Part shown: piece after piece, positions 35,282 through 46,449 of the stretch
Layout: each line of letters starts with the position of its first letter
Position numbering within the stretch: the first letter of the stretch is position 1
NCBI GenBank assembly: GCA_023334545.1
Contig: JAADVB010000019.1
Location: 1-64,000, forward strand
Reading direction: 5' to 3'
Source of the DNA: Salisapilia sapeloensis CBS 127946
Lineage: Eukaryota > Protista > Oomycota
Length of the DNA: 64,000 bases
Notes under the pieces: generated by a model
Told to the model about the DNA's origin: nothing
The model's database searches: none
The model's input: only the letters and a program-made list of their open reading frames with translations
Translations under genes and position numbers: made by a program

Positions 35282-35295
35282 TCATTTCGACTTTT
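35282..35295 (+). promoter_or_regulatory. INR/FPR core promoter element of the START-FYVE-GAF gene
   Basis: TCATTTCGACTTTT is an exact match to TCATTYBNNNWTTY, about 36 bp upstream of ATG 35332. Confidence 0.65.
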
Positions 35296-35331
35296 GCATC
35301 GGACTACGCACCACTTCTCATTTGAGATTCC

Positions 35332-37488
35332 ATGAATTCAAAGCGGTTTGATAGCTTCCGCCGATTGAAGTCGAGTGTCTCCAAGTCATCCATGGATGAA
35401 GCTTCTACTGTCGGTACTCAGTCCGTCGCGACATTCTCTGGCGACTTTTCTAGCCAGCAACTATTGTTCGATGACGTCACGGCGACTAAGGCCAAGTTAC
35501 GGGATGCTGCAGCGTCTGGTGCCCAGAGAGACCGCTGGCAACCTATCAAGCACAAGGGCGACGTGACGGTCTTCCAACTCCATCCCAACTGGAGTGAAGA
35601 CTCGGATGTCGCCGATGCCGTCGTCGGTCGCATTGACATCCAAGCGCACTTGAATGAAGTCCTCAGCATCTTCATCTCGCATGACTCGCATGATCTCGAC
35701 TCGACCATGCGAGCTTTGTATGGAAAGCAGTTTAAGCGTGCGGACGTCGTCCTCGCCCAGTGCGACGCCTCTCCGTTCACGGATGAGCCTGATGTGACCG
35801 AAAGTGCCAGGAAGACGACTTCCCGAGACGTTGCCAAGTCTGGACAATTCGGTGTCCAATTAGAAGTCCTGCGCCCGAAAGGCGTGACTGACTTTGGTCG
35901 CAGACACCGCAGGACACAAAACCTGTGCTTTGAAACGTTTACGAAGAAGTCTGCGAACGGTACGCAGGCGATCCACTTGAAGAAGACAATGCCAAAGCCG
36001 GAACATGACAAGCTTGTGGACCCGAAAGACCGATCGGCTCTGCGTAACAACGTCGACCACATCGGTGTCGGCTACGAAATGAAGGCTTTGGATGAAACCC
36101 GAGCAAGTGGACTTGGTCCCAAGACGCGCATCTTTGTCCATGCCTATGCTTCCACGACTGCGGCATCAGCAATTGAAGAATCTGTCGTTGGTATTCGTAA
36201 AGCAGTGAACCCAGAGGCGTATGAGTTGATGGAGAAGACAGTCAAGTCTTTAGACCGATTCGAATCCGTCATCCGTCGTCGTCGTCTCGGTTTCCAGACG
36301 TTCGTGTCTCAGCACCCAGATGCAAGGAAGCGATCGATGAGTGGCGCGAGTTGCAACCTTTGTAACAAGTCGTTCAAGTTCTTTACGAAGGACTACTTCT
36401 GCCAGCTCTGTGGTAACGTCGTGTGTGGTGACTGCTCTGGAAAGTATGACGTTGAGCCCAAGTACGGTGTCCTCGTGAAGCGCCGTATTTGTACCATGTG
36501 CGTCGTGCGCACGGATGCTTGCAACTACGAGGACGACCTATTGTACTTGGAGTTGGGACCGGATATCTTGCCGGTTGATGAAGACGAGTGGAATGCCAGC
36601 TTCCACTATTCGCCCACGGGCTCGGACGGGACGATTGGTGACTATGAAGAGATGCACGACCAGTTCGTGGACTTGACGCATGAAAAGGCGGAGAAGGTGA
36701 CTGAGCCAGAACTCCTTTCACTCGACTTGTTGGACACTTTGTTGTCGCCGGTGAATTACAACAAAGAGAGTCCGGTGCCAAAGACGCAGACGCGTCAGAA
36801 GCGATCGAACACGTCGATCCGAAAGGGTCTTGAATCGTACCTTGATAACGAAATTCGTGGTGCGGCCAAGAACTATCCAGTGGAAAAGTGTGAACTTGCG
36901 TCCAAGGAACGTGATTACGTTTTTGAATACGACGCGAGTAAGACGGAGTTCAAGGAGCACCCGCTCGCGCCCAAGATTGAAGAGAACAAGGACAACAACC
37001 GTGTGAAGAACTTGGAGAAGACTGGTATGTTGGATGAAACGCACGACCGAACTGCTCTGAATATGATCGCCGAGGTCGTGGCAACGCGTATGAACTGTAA
37101 CGTTGGCTTCGTCTCGATCCTTGACAAGGAGAACTTCTACGCCGCTGGTACGTACCAACTTGACGAGATCGCGTGGAAACTTGGCCGTGACGAGAGTATG
37201 TGCTCGCACTCGCTGTACGCCGAGAAGCCATTCGTGACGCAAGATGCGCGACGTGACGTCCGCTTCAGTCACAACTCGCTCGTGAACCCTGGTGCAGTTA
37301 AGTACTACGCGAGTTTCCCAGTGTACGCACCGGATGGAACGGTCGTTGCTGGTCTCTGTGCCTGTGATTGGGATGCCAAGGGCCCGATGACGACGAAGCA
37401 GTATGCAACGATGCAATCTATGAGCAAGCTAACGACCGAGTTCCTTTTCCCATCCAAGACGATCAAGCCCATTTTGCCGAAGAACTAG
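35332..37488 (+). CDS. START-like + FYVE-type Zn finger + GAF domain protein (oomycete family)
   Basis: CNLC...FCQLCGNVVCGDCS...RICTMC (8-Cys finger). C-terminal GAF motifs: MCSHSL...PFVTQDARRDVRF..N.LV...VKYYASFPV....VVAGLC. Confidence 0.85.
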   Translation: MNSKRFDSFRRLKSSVSKSSMDEASTVGTQSVATFSGDFSSQQLLFDDVTATKAKLRDAAASGAQRDRWQPIKHKGDVTVFQLHPNWSEDSDVADAVVGRIDIQAHLNEVLSIFISHDSHDLDSTMRALYGKQFKRADVVLAQCDASPFTDEPDVTESARKTTSRDVAKSGQFGVQLEVLRPKGVTDFGRRHRRTQNLCFETFTKKSANGTQAIHLKKTMPKPEHDKLVDPKDRSALRNNVDHIGVGYEMKALDETRASGLGPKTRIFVHAYASTTAASAIEESVVGIRKAVNPEAYELMEKTVKSLDRFESVIRRRRLGFQTFVSQHPDARKRSMSGASCNLCNKSFKFFTKDYFCQLCGNVVCGDCSGKYDVEPKYGVLVKRRICTMCVVRTDACNYEDDLLYLELGPDILPVDEDEWNASFHYSPTGSDGTIGDYEEMHDQFVDLTHEKAEKVTEPELLSLDLLDTLLSPVNYNKESPVPKTQTRQKRSNTSIRKGLESYLDNEIRGAAKNYPVEKCELASKERDYVFEYDASKTEFKEHPLAPKIEENKDNNRVKNLEKTGMLDETHDRTALNMIAEVVATRMNCNVGFVSILDKENFYAAGTYQLDEIAWKLGRDESMCSHSLYAEKPFVTQDARRDVRFSHNSLVNPGAVKYYASFPVYAPDGTVVAGLCACDWDAKGPMTTKQYATMQSMSKLTTEFLFPSKTIKPILPKN

Positions 37489-37614
37489 TTGGTGGACACT
37501 ACAAAGAAAAAGAGTTGTATAGTTCGATTTCGTGCGTAAGGAGATAAAAAGACTGTGCTAAACGAAGGCACGATTGAATGTTCACCGATCCATTTGATTT
37601 ATTGTTTGTTTCTA

Positions 37615-38939
37615 TCAGTGGACAAAGTCGTAGAAGTAACTACTGAGACCGAAGCGAATCCAAAAGGCAAAGACACATGCCAATGCTTGGAAGGCTAGCA
37701 AAACGATGACCAGTCGTTTCTCATGCAACGGACCGAAGATCTCTAGAGCTAGGTTAATCAGCGTCATGTTGGCCTTGGTGGAAGTTTCTGTAACGGTCGA
37801 TGGCACCATCTTGTCATGCGCTTTGTCGTATTTAGGCAGGCGATGTCGCGGGCATGGTACGATTTTAAAGAGCTGAGGGATCGAGTAGAGGAAATTGAGG
37901 ATCTGTGGTAGCACGAACAGTGCATACGTCTTGGGGAAGTGGCCTAGGACGGCTGCTACTGCTAGCGCCATGCCACTGTAGTAGCAGAACGTATCGCCCA
38001 CAAAGACTCGAGCTGGATACCAGTTGTGATGCAATAGACCGAGAGTCGAACCGAGGAATGGGAGCATGAAGAATAACGAGAGCAAGTGGCAACCACCGTA
38101 ATCTAGACCTCGTACGATCTGCACGAAGTTCTGGATAACGATGGCAAAGGCGATGACTACAGTTTGACCGGCTTCGAGACCGTTGACGCCAGCGTAGATA
38201 TTAATAGCGTTCGTGGAGAAGACTGTGATGAGCACCATGAAGAGGTAGTAGAAAGCTCCGAGTTCCACTTGGTCTCCATTGTCACTAATGACCAGAAGAT
38301 GTGGAGACAAGAGCGAATGGAGAAGACTGTTTGAAGCGAATAACGAATGCGTAAAGGAAGGGAGGAGGACCGTCGTGAGTCCCCGGTAGTGTAGAAGTAA
38401 TGGCAGAGTGGCAAGTGGAGGAAAGATGAGTTTGTATCGCCAACGAAGGTCGAATAAGTCATCGATAAAGCCAAGAGTGAGCATAGAAAGAATAGACACA
38501 GAACCCCACAGCATCATTCTCTACTAGATCAAGTCAGCAAAGCATTTTGGGTAATATAGTGCAAGCATTGGACGTACTCGGATGCCCGGATCATCGACGA
38601 CGGTGAGGACGATGATAGCAAGAACAATGACATAGACAGCACCAGAAGCCACACCCAAGGACTCGGTGCTATATACATGTAAAGTTAGACACAATAAACC
38701 ATACTTTCTACATTTTAAGAACCAATGCATTCGCAAGACACGTACATTGGTATGTCTCCAGCAGGCGTGCCTCGCTTACACAGATCCTTACCACATAGTT
38801 TATCCGGTAGACGTCGTGCTACAATCGGAATGATCCCTCTCGATGCCACGTACGCCACGCCACTCCACACGAGTGTCTGTAGTACCGAATAAACTACTTG
38901 TGGCGAAGTAGCGCCCATTTCATGCTTAAACACGTCCAT
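37615..38939 (-). CDS. ALG7: UDP-GlcNAc:dolichyl-phosphate GlcNAc-1-phosphate transferase, multi-exon
   Basis: GKDLCK, ESLGV, LGFIDDLFDLRWRYKL, NAINIYAGVNGLEAGQ, NWYPARVFVGDTFCY and CPRHRLP. The start is at 38939 or 38918. Confidence 0.93.
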
Positions 38940-39246
38940 TTGTCTCGATTTGTGTCTCCATCGCCGACTTTTCGTCGTCATGATCCGATTTAGTAGCATC
39001 ATATTACATAGTAATCAACATACTTTAATAAGACGCGAGCTACGTACGCATTTCTGATAATACTCCATGACTAAGTACCTCTCCCTCTCTGTATGCGTAC
39101 TACATACTTCCAGCAAGTAGGCATGTTATATAAGTGCTAAAAGTACTCTATTTATTTGATTGCCAAGGTATAGTAATAGGAAGATGACAGGACTAGGCAT
39201 GAGGATAGTAGATTAAATGGAACTCATGAAACTTTCGTGTTCTTAG

Positions 39247-41011
39247 CTACGAGTATGCTGCGGAAGTCCATAGGACTTGTTGAGCCGGCATGACTTCCTC
39301 CTCTCTCCTTTTCAAAATGGATTTCTTCGGAACCATGTCTTTATTCGGCACAGGTAGACTTTCATCCATCTCGCCATCATCGTCCTTGGGTTTGCTATTC
39401 GGTGCCTCCAACAGCTTGACCACTTTCGTCCGCTGCCGATAGAGCAGAATCTGCGGTCGACTGAATTGAATCGTCCCAGCAACATGCTCTTCTCCTGCAT
39501 CCGCTGCCCACACAGAATGCACTCCAGCATCCTCCTCCGTCTGCTTCTCCGACGTCGAAACGTCGTCATGATCTCGATTGATACGAGACGCTAGTGTATC
39601 AAGGAGAATCGTCTTGCGTCGCATACGTACTCGATCATGTTCTGCTCCTAATTTTCCCTTTTCTTTCGTCTCATTCACCACATGCACATCCTCTGTCGAA
39701 GCTTTCCCATGCAACAACGCTCGAAGTTGCTTCGTTCTCTCCTCTAATTCTACTAAGCGTCTACCAGATCGTTTATTCACGTATATACGTGTCTGTGCTT
39801 CCGAGATGGCAGGTAGTGTCTGCAGTGAGTGCGCATTGATGAGAGATGTTGTACTCTGGTGACCAAGTGCAGTGCTCTTGAGCTTCTTTTCCCAGTTCTT
39901 AAGGATATATGCAGCCATCTCCGCGACGGCTTGTGGGATGATCGTCGAGACGGAGCCTGCTCGCATGATATTCTTGAGCGTTTGACTCATATTCGCTTGT
40001 TGAATATGATCTGACATGACGCTCGGGAGAGTCGCCATGAGTTTTAGGATCAAGAGAGCTGCTTGGTGGGTCGAAGGAGAACGGAGCCACAAGACAAGTG
40101 CTTTCTGGAGACACACGAGTCCTTCAGCATTGACAAATCGTTCCAACGCTTTCTTGTCCTTGAGATCTGGATTCATAAGTGCAGCAGCTTGTTTATCCGA
40201 TCGAAATTTCCTCACAGCATTTTGAGAAAGCACGGACGTTAATGTCTTCCGAACGACTTTATATGCCATGGAACGAGATACGAATTTAGACGGTTCTAGT
40301 ACTGGCCATTCTTCACTGGACGTCATGTCGTCATCCGTGTCCCATCTCATTGGCTCTAGTTCTTCCTCGAGGCGCTTACGCTTGCGCGTAATGCCTAGAC
40401 TCTTGTCTCCTTCGTCGCTCGTGACCTGCTGCGCTCGTTCCACGGCTTTGACAGCCTGAAGCTCTGTCACGTCTTCAAATAAATCTTCAGCAAAGACGAG
40501 ACGATACTTGCGGTCTTCTTGGAAGTAAGAAGTGACGAAACCAGAGTAAATTTTTTCATCACTTTTGTCGTAATTCCGAACGATACGAGCGACTGGAAGC
40601 CCCATAATGGCTTGTGGATCCGATTCGTCGCATCTTTCATGCATATCGATGTCGATTGTACCATTGGTGTGCTCCGTCGAGGTACTTGTGGTGGATGCAA
40701 TCACAGGAGGTTCGGGAGTGGTGGCAGCGGCGATGTAAGCCTCGACCAGGTCCGCATTGACGATGTGGGTCGTCCCGTCATTATAGAGCAGAGTGTACTT
40801 ATCCGAGACATGGTCGTAGCGATAGATCGAGCCTGGTTTGCCATTCTCGGGCGACTGGATTGCTGTACCGATGGTGTGCTTGGGTGGCGGATTGGAATCG
40901 ACCTGTTATAGCAGCAATAAAGTAAGCTACGGATGCCTTTGCTCGATGCTATCTCCATATGTTCGAGATAGATGGTTCTGGGTGTATGCATGCAAGGTTT
41001 CGCTTTACCAT
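39247..41011 (-). CDS. Tandem Tudor-like + TFIIS N-terminal-like domain protein with C-terminal SILK and VxW motifs (PNUTS-like candidate)
   Basis: The reading frame extends upstream of the listed ORF to an acceptor at about 40893 (VDSNPPPKH...YRYDHVSDKYTLLYNDG). A second Tudor-like block follows (YSGFVTSYFQEDRKYRLVF), then FVNAEGL.CL...W...LLILKLMATLP (TFIIS-N like) and KKSILKRR...QVLW. The proposed ATG-only first exon at 41011 is tentative. Confidence 0.6.
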
Positions 41012-41299
41012 GATCAATTAGTAGCTAGAGACGACGGCAGGAAGTGGGCATATAGGTACTCGACAGGGAAAATGTGCTAGCGTACTTTATCCGGAAATGA
41101 ATTGACGGTATCCGAACGGCTGTGCAAAATTGTAAGTTTTGTTTTAGTTGATGTCGAGTATATTACTTATTCGTTTTAGTATAGATTTGATTCTACCTAC
41201 TTTTATATTTAATGTTGGAAGTTCACGAGTAATTGCACAACTTGCTGTTCATTTTTTAGATTTTACGATATGAATGTCTCTGTCTGCTTGAGTTCATGC

Positions 41300-42673
41300 C
41301 TACATATCGATCAAGATCTTGCTGGCAAGAGAGACGCCGTCGATGATTGTGCGAAGGACACTAACGAGACTCCACATGTTGGTGCCAATATTGCGCTGTA
41401 CGTGCCAGCTCCAGAACGTCCAGCCATGAGCGCGACTCATTTGATACCCCTGCGCCTCAGCGAAACGCACTAGTTGTCCATCTGGCTGGTGGAATTGGTT
41501 CGACGACGCTAGACTCCACTCGCCGATGAATATCTTGTTGAAGTTGCCCTGTGCGTTACACTTGTCGAGGACACCTCCAGTGTACGACCAGACTGCCTGG
41601 ATGAGGTCTTCTTGTGAAAGGCTTTCGTATCCCCAAATCCAATACAAGTGCCACTCGATCCAAACGTTGTAAAAGTCTGGCTCGGTCATAAAGCCGGCGA
41701 ATGTGTTGCAGTTCTGGCTGCTCAAATAGGGTTCTACCGCCAGAATACAGTCACTACCGACGTCAAAGCGAATGACTCCGTACGCGTCGTAGTAGTATTG
41801 CATCAGAACACCAATGTCTTGGTCTTCACGAGGTTCGTTCAACAAGGTCATACCTAAGAAAGCAGGTTCATCTCGGTATCTCCTCGCGAGAAATTCCGCG
41901 ACATCCTTTGTGTTCGCAACGTTCTCAGAGTAGCTACTCCAATATGCCATGCCTGACTCTGATGGAGAGCTATGATCGTTTCCATTCTGACTACCTTTGG
42001 CAGAGTGAATGCTCAAAAGTACCGCTACGTTCGCAGCTCGACACCAATTCATCAGCTGATCGACATAGGAAATCATAAGTGGCGGATAACGCTTCCACTC
42101 GGCTCTTCCCGATGGGTCATGGTTGTCAAAGCCAGTCATCCAATAGCCAACGGGTACGCGGACGAGATTAAAACCCTTGGATGCGATGTCTCGGATATCA
42201 GCTTCCGTGTAGAAACTGTTGAAGTGGTTGTACATCCTTCTCCACATTTCGCTTTCGCTAATGCCAGACTGGGTGATCGTAGCGTACATACCCCTTGAGC
42301 TAACACTTTCATCGATGCCATCCCACAGCGGGGATTCTGGATTCATCCAGTGTTCAGTTACCAGCCAACCGCCCAAATTGACACCTCGAGGTTTAACACT
42401 TCCAGCCCGAATGCTGTACTGGATATGAGCGTTTACATTGTATTCAGTCTTCACACTGCCGAGCCCAAGGATATCCTCAGAGGTATCATTGGTAGGCTTT
42501 GCATCCGCTGTGGGGATCATTGGGGTCGAAGTGGTAGGAGTATCGGCAGATGTGGGTGAGATGGCTGGCGTGTTTGTCATCGTTGCCAATGCACCAGGTT
42601 GCTTGTCAAAGGCTCTGGACATGCCTATACTAGACGATCCAAGCAGCGCGAGAGCAAGAGACAAGAAGCGCAT
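41300..42673 (-). CDS. Secreted GH5 exo-beta-1,3-glucanase-like enzyme
   Basis: Signal peptide MRFLSLALALLG, T/P-rich linker, RGVNLGGWLVTE, VRVPVGYW, SQNGNDHS, LLNEP (acid/base Glu), IGEWS (nucleophile Glu), GWTFWSW. Intronless. Confidence 0.92.
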   Translation of the reverse strand: MRFLSLALALLGSSSIGMSRAFDKQPGALATMTNTPAISPTSADTPTTSTPMIPTADAKPTNDTSEDILGLGSVKTEYNVNAHIQYSIRAGSVKPRGVNLGGWLVTEHWMNPESPLWDGIDESVSSRGMYATITQSGISESEMWRRMYNHFNSFYTEADIRDIASKGFNLVRVPVGYWMTGFDNHDPSGRAEWKRYPPLMISYVDQLMNWCRAANVAVLLSIHSAKGSQNGNDHSSPSESGMAYWSSYSENVANTKDVAEFLARRYRDEPAFLGMTLLNEPREDQDIGVLMQYYYDAYGVIRFDVGSDCILAVEPYLSSQNCNTFAGFMTEPDFYNVWIEWHLYWIWGYESLSQEDLIQAVWSYTGGVLDKCNAQGNFNKIFIGEWSLASSNQFHQPDGQLVRFAEAQGYQMSRAHGWTFWSWHVQRNIGTNMWSLVSVLRTIIDGVSLASKILIDM

Positions 42674-42708
42674 CGTGCAAGAAGGAAGCGAAGTGTGGTC
42701 GAGAGGCC

Positions 42709-42724
42709 AAAACCAGGAATGAGC
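42709..42724 (-). promoter_or_regulatory. INR/FPR core promoter element of the first GH5 gene
   Basis: Minus-strand GCTCATTCCTGGTTTT is a 16/16 match to the oomycete GCTCATTYBNNNWTTY consensus, 35 bp upstream of ATG 42673. Confidence 0.75.
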
Positions 42725-44036
42725 TCTGCCCCGAGGCAGAGTACGACTCATCCTGCAGCTCGTACGTCTATCGCTTAACAGATTGTCTCCAAAGGCAATC
42801 CATGTTGACTGGCTTGTATAAGACGCAAGCATGGACGGCAGAGCCTAGATCTGAGTTAACAGATACTGCTTCAAGATAGTTATCAGATTCTTGACTTCTG
42901 GAGTAACTGCCATAGCTTTGATGGTCGTACGCACAGATTACATTGCATAAAAGAGTCATTGAATAGTTGCTTAGATCAGGTCTAGCCACGGAAATATTAG
43001 CATAAAGTGGGTAGCGAAAGAGCTGCTTGTAATCAGACTTACGTTGGAATCCCACATCGGAAACCTTTCTCTAGACATTCAATTATCATTCAACTTTGCA
43101 AAACGATTCATACATCTAGTTACAACTTTTATGCGGTAAATTGTAGCATTGCCATAGAGGTTGGAATTAAAATTTATCATGAATGCACTTAGCTACATTT
43201 TGCTTCTTAACTTTAAGAAAAGCTACTGGAAGTGTGGGATAGCAGGTGGATGGTTTTCAAGAGTAGTATGAAGAAAGTGCAAGGTACAGGCGTTACAGAA
43301 AGTTCGATACAACTTCATGAAACTAGATATGGTGTCATTCTCTCTTCCGACGCCATGCCTGATTCTAATCTCGATAGACACTCCATTGATTCATGGCAAC
43401 GCTAGATTACTGTTTGCATCTACTGCTTGGTACGAGTTTTAGTATCAATTAGGATCGAATGTTCAGCGCACAGACCAGAAAAGTCGATAGATCATTGCGT
43501 CTGATTAAAACTAGTAGTTTGTGCAATTGCTCTGCAAAGCTATGGAGCAGCCAGGCTACCGAATTAGAGGCGGCCAATGTTCACGTTGTCCGAATTGGCA
43601 TGAATGCAAGTGAATTTTTTCTCAGGGCTCATTAGAATCAATACCTCGCTTTTCTATGAGTGCTTTAGAGCACTCTTTTGGCTCGCAAAGATATCATTCA
43701 TTTTACGGGCTGGAGGGGCTATTGTGTAGATTGCACAAATATCTTCATCTTCCCTTTATGTTATATCTGATCCCAATATAATTCTCCTATCACTATTATT
43801 GTACGCGCTGTTTGTTTATTCACTACAATATCTATTGGGTACTCCAGTATCACGCTTGACCACATATACCTGTCTCCCTCTCTACTGTCAATCGCATATA
43901 TCTCACTTTCATAGAAAAATGAGCTCTAGACCAAGTTCCAACTTGAGATTGCAGCAATGTAATTGATTTTAAGAGTATTAATTAACTTTTAATATATTGT
44001 GCATATCTACATAAACACTTCTATATCAAACTACTT

Positions 44037-45578
44037 TTAAAACCATGCATGATGTCCCACTTGCGTAATAGAAAGTCTGTTAGATGGATGTCTTGCAAGC
44101 ATTCCTTGCAGCAACTCCATTGCATTCGGAATATCTGGTATACCTCGTTTCTCCATTTCCAACTCTATCCAATCCCAATGTAACGACTGTAAAGAATCCT
44201 TTAGCTTCAGTCGTTGTCGACGAGGATGAGAGATGGCATGACTAGAGTGACGAATTTGATCAGCACCAGGCGTCTTATGGAATGGATGCTGGTTAATAAG
44301 CAGTTGCACAAGTATGATACCGAGACTAAACGTATCCACTTTGCATGTAAGCTTTTGCTCTTCGAAGGGATCGGAAATACGCTCCGGCGCGACATAGCCT
44401 GGTGTCCCCATCATAAATGATGTACGAGATGTAGCACTCTTGCTTCCGGTGTTCTTGTGTAGTTCCGATGCAGCTCCAAAGTCGATTAGCTTTACCGTGA
44501 GACCGTTGGGCGACGGTGAAACAAGTACGTTTTCAAGTTTAACATCGCAATGGAGAAACTCTTGAAAATGTAGCTCTGATAACTGATCACAGAGCGATGA
44601 AACTATTTGCTTGACATCACTAATCGAAAGTATCGATGCCTTTGCCCATTTGGACCGGTTTGCTCTTGCTTCGTTTCGCAAGTACTGCGAAAGATTCATT
44701 GAAGCAAATTTTGGCATCATAATTTGAACATCATCCCTCGTTTCAACAAGAGTGTATCGAGCGACGACATCTGAATTGACTGCTATGAGTTTCTGCACTG
44801 CTGTAATTTCGGCATTGTCTTGCTTAGCTATTCTTGCATTCGCAATGACTTTGACGACTGCATCCCGGGCTTCCGAATTCGTCATTGACTGGACATGTTG
44901 TATTTTAGAGTTTGGGGTCGACAAAACGGGCTGCTCGTTCCGTACTTGGACATTCTTAAACCATTCCAAGCATGCGATTGTATCTTGAATTACATGCAGC
45001 CAATAGGTCGCTGCCTCCAGTTTAGCAAATCGGAGTTTTATCTCGGTGCGATACTTTAATGAGCCACCACTTGTAGAAATGATGGGAATCTTAATCACAA
45101 GTTCCGCTTCCTTTCGATTCATGGATGGAGGTTTCAGGTCCATGCAAGTGTCTGGATGGAGCATATAAAATTGCTTCTGATCGTCTGACACGGAATTCCT
45201 TTTAGATCTCGTTTGCAAGATAAAAGCTCCCGTCTGACCGGCTCGAACCTCTATCTGTCCCAGTTGAAATCGACTCCAATGAAAAATGGACCTCTTTACG
45301 GATATCTCAACGTCTTCTGTTGTGTGCTGGTAGGGAAAGATGCGGTTATGCAAGTCGAGTGCAAATGCAAGGTTTGTATCAGACGTATCTGTAGATGTGC
45401 TTGGCGATATGAGCTCCGCTGGGTGGTCCAGTAGTTCATCGTCTTGCTCCAATTGCGTAAGACTCGTTCGCTTCTTCGTCTGAAGCCATGATTTCCACTG
45501 GTGCGTGAGGCCCGGCTCGGTAGCTTTCGATGTGGCGGAGATGACAGCATCAAGTGACTTTCGTCGTACTAGCGGCAT
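44037..45578 (-). CDS. Divergent Ser/Thr protein kinase with N-terminal PH-like region
   Basis: AVVKVI, HCDVKLENVL, LIDFG, GTPGYVAPE, DTFSLG, RHPSNRLS. The PH-like terminal helix is AATYWLHVIQ. Confidence 0.8.
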   Translation of the reverse strand: MPLVRRKSLDAVISATSKATEPGLTHQWKSWLQTKKRTSLTQLEQDDELLDHPAELISPSTSTDTSDTNLAFALDLHNRIFPYQHTTEDVEISVKRSIFHWSRFQLGQIEVRAGQTGAFILQTRSKRNSVSDDQKQFYMLHPDTCMDLKPPSMNRKEAELVIKIPIISTSGGSLKYRTEIKLRFAKLEAATYWLHVIQDTIACLEWFKNVQVRNEQPVLSTPNSKIQHVQSMTNSEARDAVVKVIANARIAKQDNAEITAVQKLIAVNSDVVARYTLVETRDDVQIMMPKFASMNLSQYLRNEARANRSKWAKASILSISDVKQIVSSLCDQLSELHFQEFLHCDVKLENVLVSPSPNGLTVKLIDFGAASELHKNTGSKSATSRTSFMMGTPGYVAPERISDPFEEQKLTCKVDTFSLGIILVQLLINQHPFHKTPGADQIRHSSHAISHPRRQRLKLKDSLQSLHWDWIELEMEKRGIPDIPNAMELLQGMLARHPSNRLSITQVGHHAWF

Positions 45579-45604
45579 GTTGAACGCTATCGATTGTGAT
45601 TGTG

Positions 45605-45618
45605 AAATGTGTAAATGA
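45605..45618 (-). promoter_or_regulatory. INR/FPR-like element of the divergent kinase gene
   Basis: Minus-strand TCATTTACACATTT has one mismatch to consensus and lies 26 bp upstream of ATG 45578. Confidence 0.5.
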
Positions 45619-46449
45619 AAGAGTTGGTAGCAATTGTGCAAATGTCAATTGTACGATGAGGTAAGAAGGAGTAGGTCTGCCCACCAGATTCCGACTTATG
45701 TTCGTAGAACAAATGGCAAGTAAAAGTTCAGTATTTATGCTGGCGTATTGCTAGTTGTAACCACTTCCAAGTACAGAGCAGTAGCACGACAGAGAGAAAT
45801 CCATTATAAAATTTTGGCCGAGTTCTAGGTTGTAAAGGACTATACCATTTTGTTGCAGCCTGTAGTCAAGTATCCAATGCAGAATAATGAAAATAGGAGT
45901 ACTGCGATAGAAGGCTAGTGAGCTGATCCCATAAGGTTTAAGCGTCGCACATCCGGCCAGCCAGCATTATACTACACGAGGGTGTCGAAGGTATGTGCAC
46001 GCAAAGCTTAAGAGATCGATTCACTCATCTTGATGTCCCATCCCTCGTTCTGGCTTTCTAGAACGAATTAGCTCAAACAGATCAGTCCATTCTCATTCAG
46101 ATTATGGCTATCTTGAATAGCAGGTTACGAATAAGCAAGTAGGTCTTTTGCATGTTGGAATAGATCTAATGCATAGTATTAGCGTAGACTTGAAGCCCAG
46201 TGTGAAATGCGTTGAATTTTCGTTGTGTCAGAGCGAATGAGCGGGAGTTTCATCGGTTAGCTTGAGAGATTTCTTTAAATAGATGATTCGACTTTTACTA
46301 GAGTCGAGTCGATTACGAAACGACCAAGAGAGAATAGCATAGTCATTGCGATATTTTCATATTCGTCACAGACAGAGCAATCAGGACAAAACTCTCTTTG
46401 CCACAATCCTCAGATCCTTTGTAGCAATACACATCTCTGCAAAGACAGC

